DNA from: an uncultured Spirochaetota bacterium
GTDB taxonomy: Bacteria > Spirochaetota > Brevinematia > Brevinematales > JAOACQ01
Assembly (NCBI GenBank): GCA_963783575.1
Contig: CAWAOD010000011.1
Span: 32,001 to 96,000, forward strand
Length of the DNA stretch: 64,000 nt
Reading direction: 5' to 3'
The first letter of the stretch is position 1. Each line of letters begins with the position of its first letter. Below the pieces are notes generated by a model, which saw only the letters and a program-made list of their open reading frames with translations, made no database searches and was not told the DNA's origin. Positions 11,010 to 20,814 of the stretch are shown one piece after another. Made by a program: the position numbers and the translations under genes.

Positions 11010-11346
11010 TAGTTTCCTCCTTTTTATGACAGGGTTTATTTTCGTCTCGCTTATCTGAACAAGAACCATTACATTGTCGATCCTGTGATGCGGTCTTTAT
11101 GATTTTATCAGCAGTATCTTTTAACACATCCTTGTCCGCATAATAATGTGTAAAATATCCTCTTTTCTCGCCTTTGATGACACCGGCTTTTCTCAGCACT
11201 TGAAGGTGCTGGGAAACGGCTGCTTCTGAAATACCAAGATTATTTGCCAGGGCACCTACACAAAGGTCATTGGTCAACAGAAGATTCAGGATTTTCATAC
11301 GTGTTTCATCAGATAAAGCCTTTAAAACTTCAAGTAATTGATCCAC
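10996..11346 (-). CDS. ArsR/SmtB family transcriptional regulator
   Basis: LKALSDETRMKIL...LCVGAL...SQHLQVLR; probable GTG start at 11346 after gaggtg. Confidence 0.9.
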   Translation of the reverse strand: MDQLLEVLKALSDETRMKILNLLLTNDLCVGALANNLGISEAAVSQHLQVLRKAGVIKGEKRGYFTHYYADKDVLKDTADKIIKTASQDRQCNGSCSDKRDENKPCHKKEETNGKM

Positions 11347-11385
11347 TAAATACACCTCATTTTGATTAAATATATACTTATCTAT

Positions 11386-11414
11386 ATAATAATACACTTA
11401 AATAAATGTGTCAA
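11386..11414 (-). promoter_or_regulatory. sigma70-type promoter of the arsR-led cargo operon
   Basis: TTGACA-17 nt-TATTAT on the minus strand. Confidence 0.6.
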
Positions 11415-11479
11415 TGAAATACGATGAAAATATTGAAGGAAGAATTAGTAAGGTAAAAATATTTCATTAACCAAAAAAT

Positions 11480-11585
11480 CACGTTGCTAAAACATACTAA
11501 AATAGCAACATGAGGGGTCTTAAAAGGCATTGCACCCCAATAAAAAATATTGACAGGAGGGCCAAAACCGGTTAATATGTTGCTA
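11480..11585. promoter_or_regulatory. putative recombination/resolution site of the tyrosine recombinase
   Basis: inverted pair cacgttgcta (11480-11489) / tagcaacatg (11503-11512) plus a third copy tatgttgcta (11576-11585) just upstream of the recombinase gene. Confidence 0.45.
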
Positions 11586-11590
11586 TAATA

Positions 11591-12257
11591 ATGAAATGGC
11601 AAGAGGTAACCATGAGCCAATACCCCGAAAAATTACCCTCCACAGAAACCGATTCCCAGGACCAGGAACACGGCGACTGGTACGACGGGGAAACAATCAA
11701 ATATTTTTCCATTGATGAAGCGGACAAGATCCTCTCCTTGGTCTCCGAGTGGTATCAACTTATCTATCTCTTCCTGTTCGAAACAGCGACCCGTATCCAG
11801 GAGGCCAGAGCAGTCCGGATTCGGGACATCGATTTTCGAAACAACACTCTCCGTGCGAATACCCTTAAGCAAAGAAAAGAAGCCTTTCGGATTATTCCTA
11901 TCTCCGACCGGCTCAAATCAATGATCCTCATGCACCAGGTTGCTGACGGCCTGACTTCCGAAGATTTTGTTCTTGCAAGGAAGCCGGGTCTGAACCCCAT
12001 TTCACGGCAGGTGATCCATGCAAGACATGATCCGGCACTGTAAAAAACTCGGTATAGAGAGAGACAAGGTTTCCCCCCATACCTGGAGGCATACCAGGGC
12101 GATCCAGCTCCTTGAATCCGGAGAGGTGGACGTGGTGCGCCTGAAAGACTTTCTGGGTCATCGTAGCCTCGCTTCAATCCTCGTCTACGTCAAATTCTCA
12201 AACAAGCATGTAAACGAGGCCGTACAGAGGGCAAATTTGAAATTGGGTCTAAGATAG
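11591..12257 (+). pseudogene. tyrosine recombinase (TnpI-like role), frameshifted near 12020
   Basis: ETATRIQEA (catalytic R), SPHTWRH, LGH and Y motifs split over ORFs 11591-12043 and 12018-12257. Confidence 0.85.
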
Positions 12258-12268
12258 GAGAATAGACA

Positions 12269-15233
12269 ATGACTTATCAACCGATTTTATCCGATACGGA
12301 ACGCTCCGGGCTTCTCGCTTTTCCGGATAATCAGGACGACTTAATACGTTACTACACTTTTAATGAAACCGACCTGTCGCTGATCCGGCAGCGTAGGGGA
12401 AACCCAAACCGGATAGGATTTGCAGTACAATTAGCCCTATTCCGTTACCCTGGAGTTGCCTTATCCGACGAGTTGAATGTCACTGAGCCGGTCCTTCAGT
12501 GGATCGGTCAACAGATTGGCGTCGATCCTTCCGAGTGGCCGAATTACGCCCTCAGGGATCAGACTCGCCGAGAACACTACCAGGAACTTCGAACCTATCT
12601 CCTATTGGATACTTTGGGATAACTCATTTCCGGTATTTGGTGAGTGCAATAACTGATCTGGCCATGCAGACAGACAAGGGGTTACTGCTTGCTTCGCATA
12701 CGATGGATATCCTTCGGGAAAAGCGGATTATCCTACCGTCATTAAATGTGATCGAACGAATTTGTGTAAAAGCCATTGTGAACGTGAACCGGCGAATCTA
12801 CCGGATCTTGGTGGAACTATTGTCTCTATCTCAAAAAGAAAATCTTGACGGGCTGTTAAAGTTAAAGCCGGAAAGCAGCATTACCTGGCTGGTCTGGCTG
12901 AGGCAGTCACCGTTCAAACCGAATTCTTACCATATTCTGGAACACATCGAGAGGTTAAAAACCTTTCAGTCTTTTCCACTTCCGGAAGGGATAGGCCGTC
13001 TTATCCATCAAAATCGTCTCTTGAAGATCGCTCGGGAAGGTGCTCAAATGACTCCACAGGACCTGGCTAAATTCTCGGATGACAGGCGGTTTGCAACCCT
13101 TGTTGCGCTGGTCCTGGAAGGAACCGCCACGGTCACGGATGAGCTAATCGACCTCCATGACAGGGTGATGATGAAGCTCTTCAGTACCGCCAGGAACAAG
13201 CACAACAAGCATTTCCAAAGCCAGGGAAGGGCGATAAACGATAAAGTTAGGCTGTATTCGAAAATTGGCCATGCGATCCTGGAAGCCAAATATAAGGGTG
13301 AGGATCCTTATACTGCAATCGAGGCGGTCATCCCGTGGGATGATTTTACCCGAAGCGTCGTAGAGGCCGAGACTCTCGCGGAACCAGAAGCTTTCGATCA
13401 TCTGTATCTGATCGGCGAACAATTCAGCACCTTGCGCCGCTACACGCCGGAGTTACTGGAAGTCATTCAGTTCCGCGCTGTTCCGGCTGCTCAATGTGTT
13501 CTGGACGCGATCGAGGTTTAAAAGGGATGAACCGGAGTAATTCCCGGAGGATCCCGCTGGGCGCGACAACTGATTTTATTAAGCCCCGGTGGAAATCCCT
13601 GATTTTCACGGATGATGGGATAGACCGCCGTTTCTATGAAATATGCGCTCTTTCTGAATTGAAAAACTCCCTCAGGTCGGGAGACATATGGGTTAAAGGA
13701 TCCCGCCAGTTCAGGGACTTCGATGAATATCTGATGCCAATGGAGAAATTTCGGGTTCTTCAAAAGGCTGGAGAATTACCGATTGAAATCGAATCCAAAT
13801 TTGATAAATATATAAAAACCCGAATGGAATTATTGGAAGATCAACTATCCACGGTCAGCCGGTTAGCAGCGGTCAATGAACTGCCTGACGCGATTATTAC
13901 CGAATCGGGGCTTAAAATTACTCCGCAGGATACTGTGGTACCCGATGCTGCTCAGGTATTAATTGATCAGACTGGAATGTTGTTGCCTCGAATCAAGATC
14001 ACCGAACTGCTTATGGACGTCGACGACTGGACGGGATTCACCCGGTATTTCGTCCATTTAAAGGATGGAGAAGCCGCAAAAGACAGGACATTACTTCTGA
14101 CCGTAATCCTGGCCGATGCCATCAATTTAGGGCTGACAAAAATGGCTGAGTCATGCCCTGGTGTTACCTATTCAAAGTTATCCTGGCTTCAAGCTTGGCA
14201 CATTCGCGATGACACATATTCCGCGGCTTTGGCCGAACTGGTCAATGCGCAGTTCAGGCGCTCTTTTGCCGGGAACTGGGGGGATGGAACAACTTCTTCC
14301 TCAGATGGGCAGCGCTTCCGTGCCAGTGGGAAAGCGGAAACGAGCGGGCACATTAACCCTAAGTACGGAAGCGAACCGGGCAGGCTGTTTTATACTCACA
14401 TCTCCGATCAATACGTGCCGTTCAGCTCCAGGGTGGTCAATGTCGGTATCCGGGATTCCACTTGCGTGCTCGATGGGCTTCTCTATCATGAGTCGGATTT
14501 AAGGATCAAAGAGCACTATACAGATACTGCCGGTTTCACTGATCATGTATTCGCTCTCTTGCATTTACTCGGGTTTCGATTTGCACCAAGGATCCGCGAT
14601 CTGAAGGACACCAAATTGTATGTCCCGGATTATAATAAAAAATATGAGGCCCTGGGACCAATGATTGGCGGCAGCATTAACATTAAGCATATCCGCAACC
14701 ATTTGGATGATGTTCTTCGTCTGGCGGCATCGATCAAACATGGGACCGTAACCGCCTCGTTGATGATCCGTAAATTGGGTAGTTTTCCTCGCCAGAATGG
14801 GCTTGCAATTGCCCTCCGGGAGCTGGGCCGCATCGAGCGCACTCTATTTATACTCGATTGGCTCCAAAGTGTCGAATTAAGAAGGCGTGTTCACGCCGGC
14901 TTGAATAAGGGAGAAGCCCGGAATGCCTTGTCAAGGGCCGTTTTCTTCAACCGATTGGGAGAAATCCGCGATCGAAGTTTTGAACAGCAACGATATCGAG
15001 CAAGCGGCCTGAATCTTGTAACCGCTGCTATTGTGTTGTGGAATACTGTTTATCTTGAACGTGCAACAGATTCACTAATGGAAAACGGAGGCGCCGTAGA
15101 TAATGATTTACTTCAATACCTTTCTCCTCTGGGGTGGGAGCATATAAACCTGACCGGTGATTATATTTGGTCACAAGAAAAGAAGCTGGAGAAGGAAAAT
15201 TTACGGCCGCTCCGGACTACTGAGAAACCTTAG
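12269..15233 (+). pseudogene. tnpA: Tn3-family transposase, two frameshifts (about 12610 and 13517)
   Basis: [15 protein letters not shown]-terminus; [18 protein letters not shown] and [11 protein letters not shown] motifs across three ORFs. Confidence 0.95.
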
Positions 15234-15271
15234 CGTGCTATTTTTCCCGAATTCTGCGTTCACCCCAGAAT

Positions 15272-15454
15272 GAACAAGTTATCTTTTCAGACGAAACGGG
15301 GCCGGCAGGAGTCGTACAGTGGTCAAGTGATAAAGTACCCGCACAGCGTTATATCGTACACATTATAAAAGATAAGTATTATTTTTCGATGAGTTTAAAA
15401 TCGAAATATAATGACGGAGGGTGGGTGTTTTACAAGTATAAGCTAAATGAATAA
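15272..15454 (+). pseudogene. 3' half of the gene interrupted by the Tn3-family transposon
   Basis: in frame with 8203-8352 once the element and one TSD are removed: EQVIFSDETGPAGVVQW...YKLNE*. Confidence 0.7.
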
Positions 15455-15555
15455 CTAAAACGTAACAGACTAATTCAATAATTAAACTTAAAAATATTGT
15501 TCATATTTTATGTTAATGGTAGTATATAGATTTTTCAATAAAGATAGGAGGGTTA

Positions 15556-15909
15556 TTGTATATGTCAAAAATAAAAATATTATCAACCATTCTGCTTTTG
15601 ACTATAAGCAGTATTTCCATCCTGAATGTACAAACTAATCCAAATTATAGCCGAAGCATGATACGTGTCACATTTAAATCTTTTCCTTATCTCGATGACC
15701 CAGCTGGAATTTCTTATAACAGTTATGGTCAACTTGGTGATTTATCTGCATATGTTTTACGTATTTACGCTAAGGCAGCTTTGAACCCCTATATTTCCGC
15801 AATGGAGCAGTCGGAAAAGATGCTCGGGGTCGGTAATATAAGTGGTGTGACAGTGTTACCAGACTCTAAAATATTTGGCAAAATTCTAGTAGTACTTGTT
15901 AAAAGATAA
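15556..15909 (+). CDS. hypothetical exported protein; its last codons come from the Tn7-like left end
   Basis: ggagg RBS, hydrophobic N-terminus; stop lies inside the transposon end. Confidence 0.45.
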   Translation: MYMSKIKILSTILLLTISSISILNVQTNPNYSRSMIRVTFKSFPYLDDPAGISYNSYGQLGDLSAYVLRIYAKAALNPYISAMEQSEKMLGVGNISGVTVLPDSKIFGKILVVLVKR

Positions 15910-16131
15910 AAAAGTTGGAAACTAGATGTCTTGATTTATCAATGTTTTTGGGTATTTTATTATTTTTAATCTAAATATAAAGTTGGAAACTATTAGAACT
16001 TCAACATCCAAATATACTCATAAAACGAATAAAAAAGTTGGAAACTTTACTCAATAAATTATTTAAAAGCCATAAACACTTAGCAGTTTCAAACTATTTT
16101 GTTCAGATCCCAACTTTTTTTTCTATCTACA
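15897..16131. repeat. Tn7-like left end with three spaced AGTTGGAAACT sites, followed by an opposing internal end
   Basis: agttggaaact near 15913, 15981 and 16036; inverted sites near 16085-16115 ending ...tctaca at 16131. Confidence 0.8.
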
Positions 16132-16894
16132 TCTCGCTATTTTTCCAACAAGACTAATTATACTCTGAAGTATGTTCATTTTCAGGTAACTAGGATCAAT
16201 ACCCTTCGTCTCCGGGTAGCCTATGGAATAGAGTGCTGCGATGAAAGGGACAATTGTTGACGGACAAAAAAGTTGGAAACTTTACTCAATAATTTTTTTA
16301 AAAGCCATAAACAGTTAGCAGTGGTAGGCTTTACAATATTGTTTTATCGCTATCTGGCCAGTCTGCTGCCGATCGGATTCAACAAAATAATACTAATGAA
16401 TTTTAAGAGATTTTTGAAACAGCTTAATATTATAGCACAATTAATTTGAAATCGTATCACCCATGAGGGGTGATACGGGTGAAATTTTGTATTAAATATA
16501 TGGTGTGGTGTTGAGATATATAATCGGCTGTAATTATGAAAACCTTGTAAAATCAATGCTATCTGCAACTTTATTTTTCATTCTACTACTTTTTTATCTG
16601 TGGACAAGTTAGTACCATATTTCTTCCCAGTTTAACTCACCGGGATTTTTTCGTACATTTTTCGAGTACATTTTTTAATATGAGACAACGAAACGTTTTC
16701 GACTACTTTAATTATAAAGTAATTCGGGGGTTTATTCACTTCAATTCAAGCTCTTCGGGCTGTTTGCCATAAACAATACTATTCATTTCAAGCCCCGGAA
16801 GATTATTGGGAATCAAATACCGGACTTAATTATTTCCGGTGAGGAAGTCGGATCGGCGGAAAAAGTTGCGCCGGTTAAGATCCTGGAGGCGTGG

Positions 16895-17149
16895 ATGAAG
16901 CGCACCGGGAAATACAAGGTTCTGAATAAAGAGAAAGATCCCCGGTATTCTTTGGACGGCTCAATTATGCAATATAACAGGAGCAGCGGGTTCTTCTGCT
17001 TTAACGGCGCACCGCTGCAGCCTATTAATGATAATGAAGCGGTGATTATGGGGCTGGGCAGGGAACTGGGTGATATAATACAAGCTACGAATACCATAGA
17101 TGGAGAGAAAATATTTTTCAACGGTTACGAGATGATAAAAGAGAAATAA
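16895..17149 (+). pseudogene. probable C-terminal gene fragment of unknown function
   Basis: short protein-like ORF without a convincing start, converging on 17158-18534. Confidence 0.3.
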
Positions 17150-17157
17150 AAACAAAT

Positions 17158-18534
17158 TTAAAAATTGTTTGTCTCAATACCATAATCCGCCGATGCGTCG
17201 ACTGAACTGTAAGAATAAGCGGTCAACCGGGAAAGGTCTGCTGAAATATAAAGACAGGTCAGCGATAAGGGAGCGAAAGAATATGTGATATTCGTGTTGC
17301 CGAGGAGCCCTCCAGCAAAATTTAAAGTCACGGAATAAGGGGCCGTTTTATTCCAGTTTACACAAAAAACGCTGGCATCGCCTGCCGTGTTATTATAAGC
17401 GTAAATGCGTATATCATTTTCAGGTTCTGCGCAGAGAACCATATTTGCGAGGACATGACTGGCGAATAATTCGTAGATATAATAAATCGGCCTGGGTCTC
17501 CTTACAGGACTGGAATCCAGGAAACCCATCACGCTTCCGACTTCGCAGATATCAAATGGAACTACCCCCTGCATTCCTGGCTGGGAAGTTGACGCTCCAA
17601 GAAGATCGGCCATCCACAATCCCCCTTCATAAGTTCCCATGGAAGCTTCGGCGGTAGCTTTATTAGGGCTGCCATCCGCGCAAACATTGCATTCTCCTAT
17701 GATTAAAGGCCGTGGCTGACCGGAGCTTTCTATAATGCTGATTACAGCGGATTCAATATATAAGATGTAATCGAATTGATTCGTTACAAAATCATATGTA
17801 GCTGACAGATCGTCTGAAGGGTAGTAGTGAACTGAAACAGCATCAACATATTGGCCGCAGTATTGTAAAAATGGTTTTATAAAACCATAGCTTTGATAAA
17901 CGCTTGGGCCGGCGATTTTAATCCATGGGTACCTGCCTTTTATCGCGACGGCGACATTGGTATAGCTGTCAATATAAACATTAAAGTCAGCCACATCGAT
18001 ATTATAATAATCATCAGGCTCAGCCCCTATTTCGACCCATGAGAGAGGATAATGCATTATATCGATATAATAAGAAAGTATATTAGTCGCCCTTGCAACC
18101 CTTGCGGCTACGTTTGGTAAGCTTGAAAACGGCAGTGAAAACCAGGGCGTCGCCCCGATATAGGAGCTGTAATAAGCCAGATTATCCATAAATTCCGAAT
18201 CAACACTGTTATCGGAATCCCAGTCCGCCCCCGCACGGAGAAATTTGACATTAAGCGGCTTTATCAACGATTCCGTTCCATAACTCGCCTTCAATGTCGA
18301 GAACATTTCTCCAAAAAAAAGCGGGTTAATAGTACTGATAACGGTCGAAGGTATGATAATTGAAAGGGTGTTTGTAACCTGATACGCCGGATACTTAGGC
18401 GCGGACGTTGAAGAAGAAGCCGAAGATCCCTGGGATGAAGAACCCTGAGAGGATAATCCGGGCATGGAAGCACAAGATGATATATAAATCGCTGGAACGA
18501 GCAGTACAAAAAGGAAGAAAAAGCGTATCTTCAT
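17158..18534 (-). CDS. lipoprotein with a clan-A-like glycoside hydrolase domain
   Basis: lipobox ISSC and Ser-rich linker; WVEIGAEPD, IKIAGP, DAVSVHYY, LIIGECN motifs; beta-rich C-terminus. Confidence 0.65.
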   Translation of the reverse strand: MKIRFFFLFVLLVPAIYISSCASMPGLSSQGSSSQGSSASSSTSAPKYPAYQVTNTLSIIIPSTVISTINPLFFGEMFSTLKASYGTESLIKPLNVKFLRAGADWDSDNSVDSEFMDNLAYYSSYIGATPWFSLPFSSLPNVAARVARATNILSYYIDIMHYPLSWVEIGAEPDDYYNIDVADFNVYIDSYTNVAVAIKGRYPWIKIAGPSVYQSYGFIKPFLQYCGQYVDAVSVHYYPSDDLSATYDFVTNQFDYILYIESAVISIIESSGQPRPLIIGECNVCADGSPNKATAEASMGTYEGGLWMADLLGASTSQPGMQGVVPFDICEVGSVMGFLDSSPVRRPRPIYYIYELFASHVLANMVLCAEPENDIRIYAYNNTAGDASVFCVNWNKTAPYSVTLNFAGGLLGNTNITYSFAPLSLTCLYISADLSRLTAYSYSSVDASADYGIETNNF

Positions 18535-18556
18535 AATTCCCCTCCGATCTTACTTA

Positions 18557-18598
18557 TTGACAAGATGAAATAGTTAATTTATAATTCTATTTCATCTT
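18557..18598 (+). promoter_or_regulatory. consensus sigma70 promoter overlapped by a perfect 12-bp inverted repeat
   Basis: TTGACA(18557)-17 nt-TATAAT(18580); aagatgaaatag 18562-18573 / ctatttcatctt 18587-18598. Confidence 0.7.
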
Positions 18599-18647
18599 AT
18601 AAAAATATTCAATAAAATCGCCAATTATAATTTTTAGGAGTTTTTTT

Positions 18648-19613
18648 ATGAAAAAAAACACAACTGGTTTTTGCTCCTTTTTATTATTTTACATAGTGAT
18701 TTCATCGGCGATTTTTTCAGGATGTTCGAATTCGCCAGGTTCTTCTTCCAGTTCTTCCAGTTCATCCAGTTCTTCAATCTCGGGATCTGTCTGGACTGCC
18801 GAAATAATTCTTCCTACCAACCGCTGGAATTCAATAACTTATGGAAATGGAACATTTGTCGCTGTCGGCCGTGATACAAATTTAGCTAATACTTCACCTG
18901 ACGGTATAAACTGGACAGCGCAAACCATGCCAACAGGTACTAGCAACTGGCAGTCAGTTACATTTGGAAACGGTACATTTGTCGCAATTGCACAATTACC
19001 AACGGCGGCCGCGACATCACCCGATGGTATAAACTGGACGGCCGGGACACTACCCGGCTCAGACTCTTGGCAGGCTGTAACATACGGTAACGGCGTTTTT
19101 GTCGCGGTTACCTGCGGTACATCGGCCGCGACTTCGCCCGACGGGATAAACTGGACGGCAAGGGCACTTCCCGGCTCACACAACTGGAAGGCAGTCACTT
19201 ACGGAAACGGCATTTTTGTCGCGGTTGCCTGCGAAGCAGGAGCGGCTACCTCACCCGATGGTATAAACTGGACGGCCGGGACACTACCCGGCTCAGACTC
19301 TTGGCAAGCGGTAGCATATGGAAACGGCATTTTTGTCGCAGTTGCCTACGGTACATCGGCCGCGACTTCGCCCGACGGGATAAACTGGACGGCAAGGGTT
19401 CTTCCCGGATTAGGTTCCTGGCAAGCAATAGCATACGGAAAGGGTGTTTTTGTTGCGGTCGGCTGCGGCATGGGAGCGGCTACCTCATCCGATGGAGAAA
19501 ACTGGGCTTTACACGCCATGCCGGACTATATTTACTGGAAATCCGTGGCCTATGGAAACGGAACATTCGTCGCCGTTCCGGACGGTAATGTAGTAGCGGC
19601 GATTTCACATTAG
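18648..19613 (+). CDS. lipoprotein with about 39-aa WD40/BNR-like beta-propeller repeats
   Basis: lipobox FSGC, poly-Ser linker, repeated W..V.YGNG.FVAV...ATSPDGINWT. Confidence 0.8.
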   Translation: MKKNTTGFCSFLLFYIVISSAIFSGCSNSPGSSSSSSSSSSSSISGSVWTAEIILPTNRWNSITYGNGTFVAVGRDTNLANTSPDGINWTAQTMPTGTSNWQSVTFGNGTFVAIAQLPTAAATSPDGINWTAGTLPGSDSWQAVTYGNGVFVAVTCGTSAATSPDGINWTARALPGSHNWKAVTYGNGIFVAVACEAGAATSPDGINWTAGTLPGSDSWQAVAYGNGIFVAVAYGTSAATSPDGINWTARVLPGLGSWQAIAYGKGVFVAVGCGMGAATSSDGENWALHAMPDYIYWKSVAYGNGTFVAVPDGNVVAAISH

Positions 19614-19666
19614 ATAAGGCGGTTCCTGAATTTCGATAAACTGATAGCCTAAAATTATATTTTGGA

Positions 19667-20734
19667 GTGTTTTTTATGGAAAAGTGCGGGGCTGGTTTTT
19701 GTGCAGTTCTGATAATATATGTCTTTATAATATACGGTGGAATTTTATCGGGATGTTCAAATTCGCCAGGATCTTCATCAAGTTCTTCCACCAGTTCTTC
19801 ATCAAGTTCTTCGTCCGTTATATCTATGCCTGGTTCGACCTGGACGCCTCAGACGCTTCCATGTTATGCCGGCTGGAGTTCTGTTACTTATGGCAATGGT
19901 ATTTTTGTCGCGGTTGCAAATGGGAGTTCAACAGCAGCAACCTCTCCCGACGGGATAAACTGGACGGCAAGAACAATTCCTGAATCTGCCAACTGGAGTT
20001 CGGTTACATACGGGAACGGCCTTTTCGTTGCTGTTGCCAATAGCAGTACATATATCGGGGTGACAAATGCGGCGGCGACATCGCCTGACGGGATAAACTG
20101 GACGGTACAGAAAATGCCCTTTCTTCCAGAATATGCCGGATGGATTTCAGTCGCGTACGGAAATGGTATTTTTGTCGCAGTTGTAAATGAATTTGGAGGC
20201 AATTTAGCGGCAATCTCCCCGGACGGGTCAAACTGGACGGCCCAGACACTTTCAACAAATACCGGGTGGAGTTCGGTCTTCTATGGGAACGGAATTTTTG
20301 TCGCTCTTGCCAATACCGGTACAGGTATGGGAAATATTACGGCAACCTCCCCGGACGGGTCAAACTGGACATCCCAGACGCTTCCGGCCTTTAACTCTTG
20401 GGCTTCGGGCGTCTACGGGAACGGTGTTTATTTAGCAATTGGAGGCAACCCGACCTGGACTATATCATCCAATGGTATAAACTGGATATCCCAAAACATT
20501 TCGGCAGTCAGCTTCTATCCGATAGATTACGGCTGGATATCCTTAGCATACGGGAACGGTATTTTTGTAAGTATTGCAGACGGAAGTTCGGAAGCGGTGA
20601 CTTCAACCGACGGGATAAGCTGGACGTTCCGGACTCTTCCAACAAGCGCCGACTGGACATCGGTTACATACGGGAACGGCAAATTTGTTGCGGTTGCAGA
20701 CGGAAGCTCATTGGCTGCGATATCTTCCAATTAA
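19667..20734 (+). CDS. paralogous beta-propeller repeat lipoprotein
   Basis: LSGCSNSPGSSSS N-terminus shared with the upstream gene; same repeat unit. Confidence 0.8.
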   Translation: MFFMEKCGAGFCAVLIIYVFIIYGGILSGCSNSPGSSSSSSTSSSSSSSSVISMPGSTWTPQTLPCYAGWSSVTYGNGIFVAVANGSSTAATSPDGINWTARTIPESANWSSVTYGNGLFVAVANSSTYIGVTNAAATSPDGINWTVQKMPFLPEYAGWISVAYGNGIFVAVVNEFGGNLAAISPDGSNWTAQTLSTNTGWSSVFYGNGIFVALANTGTGMGNITATSPDGSNWTSQTLPAFNSWASGVYGNGVYLAIGGNPTWTISSNGINWISQNISAVSFYPIDYGWISLAYGNGIFVSIADGSSEAVTSTDGISWTFRTLPTSADWTSVTYGNGKFVAVADGSSLAAISSN

Positions 20735-20814
20735 CATCTTGTTTTACGGCTGTTTGATAATAAATATTCTATTAATTAGAATTTTGTTAACAATCGTTAT
20801 TTTAGGGGTTTTAT

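Larger units (their letters stand above)
8353..15266 (+). mobile_element. Tn3-family transposon (6.9 kb) with a tyrosine recombinase as probable resolvase
   Basis: 38-bp IRs at 8353-8390 and 15229-15266 (36/38 identical); 5-bp TSD AGAAT at 8348-8352 and 15267-15271; tnpA stop lies inside the right IR. Confidence 0.95.

Noticed and set aside
11514..11550. ggggtc... as the left IR of the Tn3 element
   Set aside because: It does not match the right IR; the true partner with a TSD is at 8353-8390.
16561..16590. Further Tn7-type right end
   Set aside because: It has a caact core but lacks ACA at the 16-nt position.
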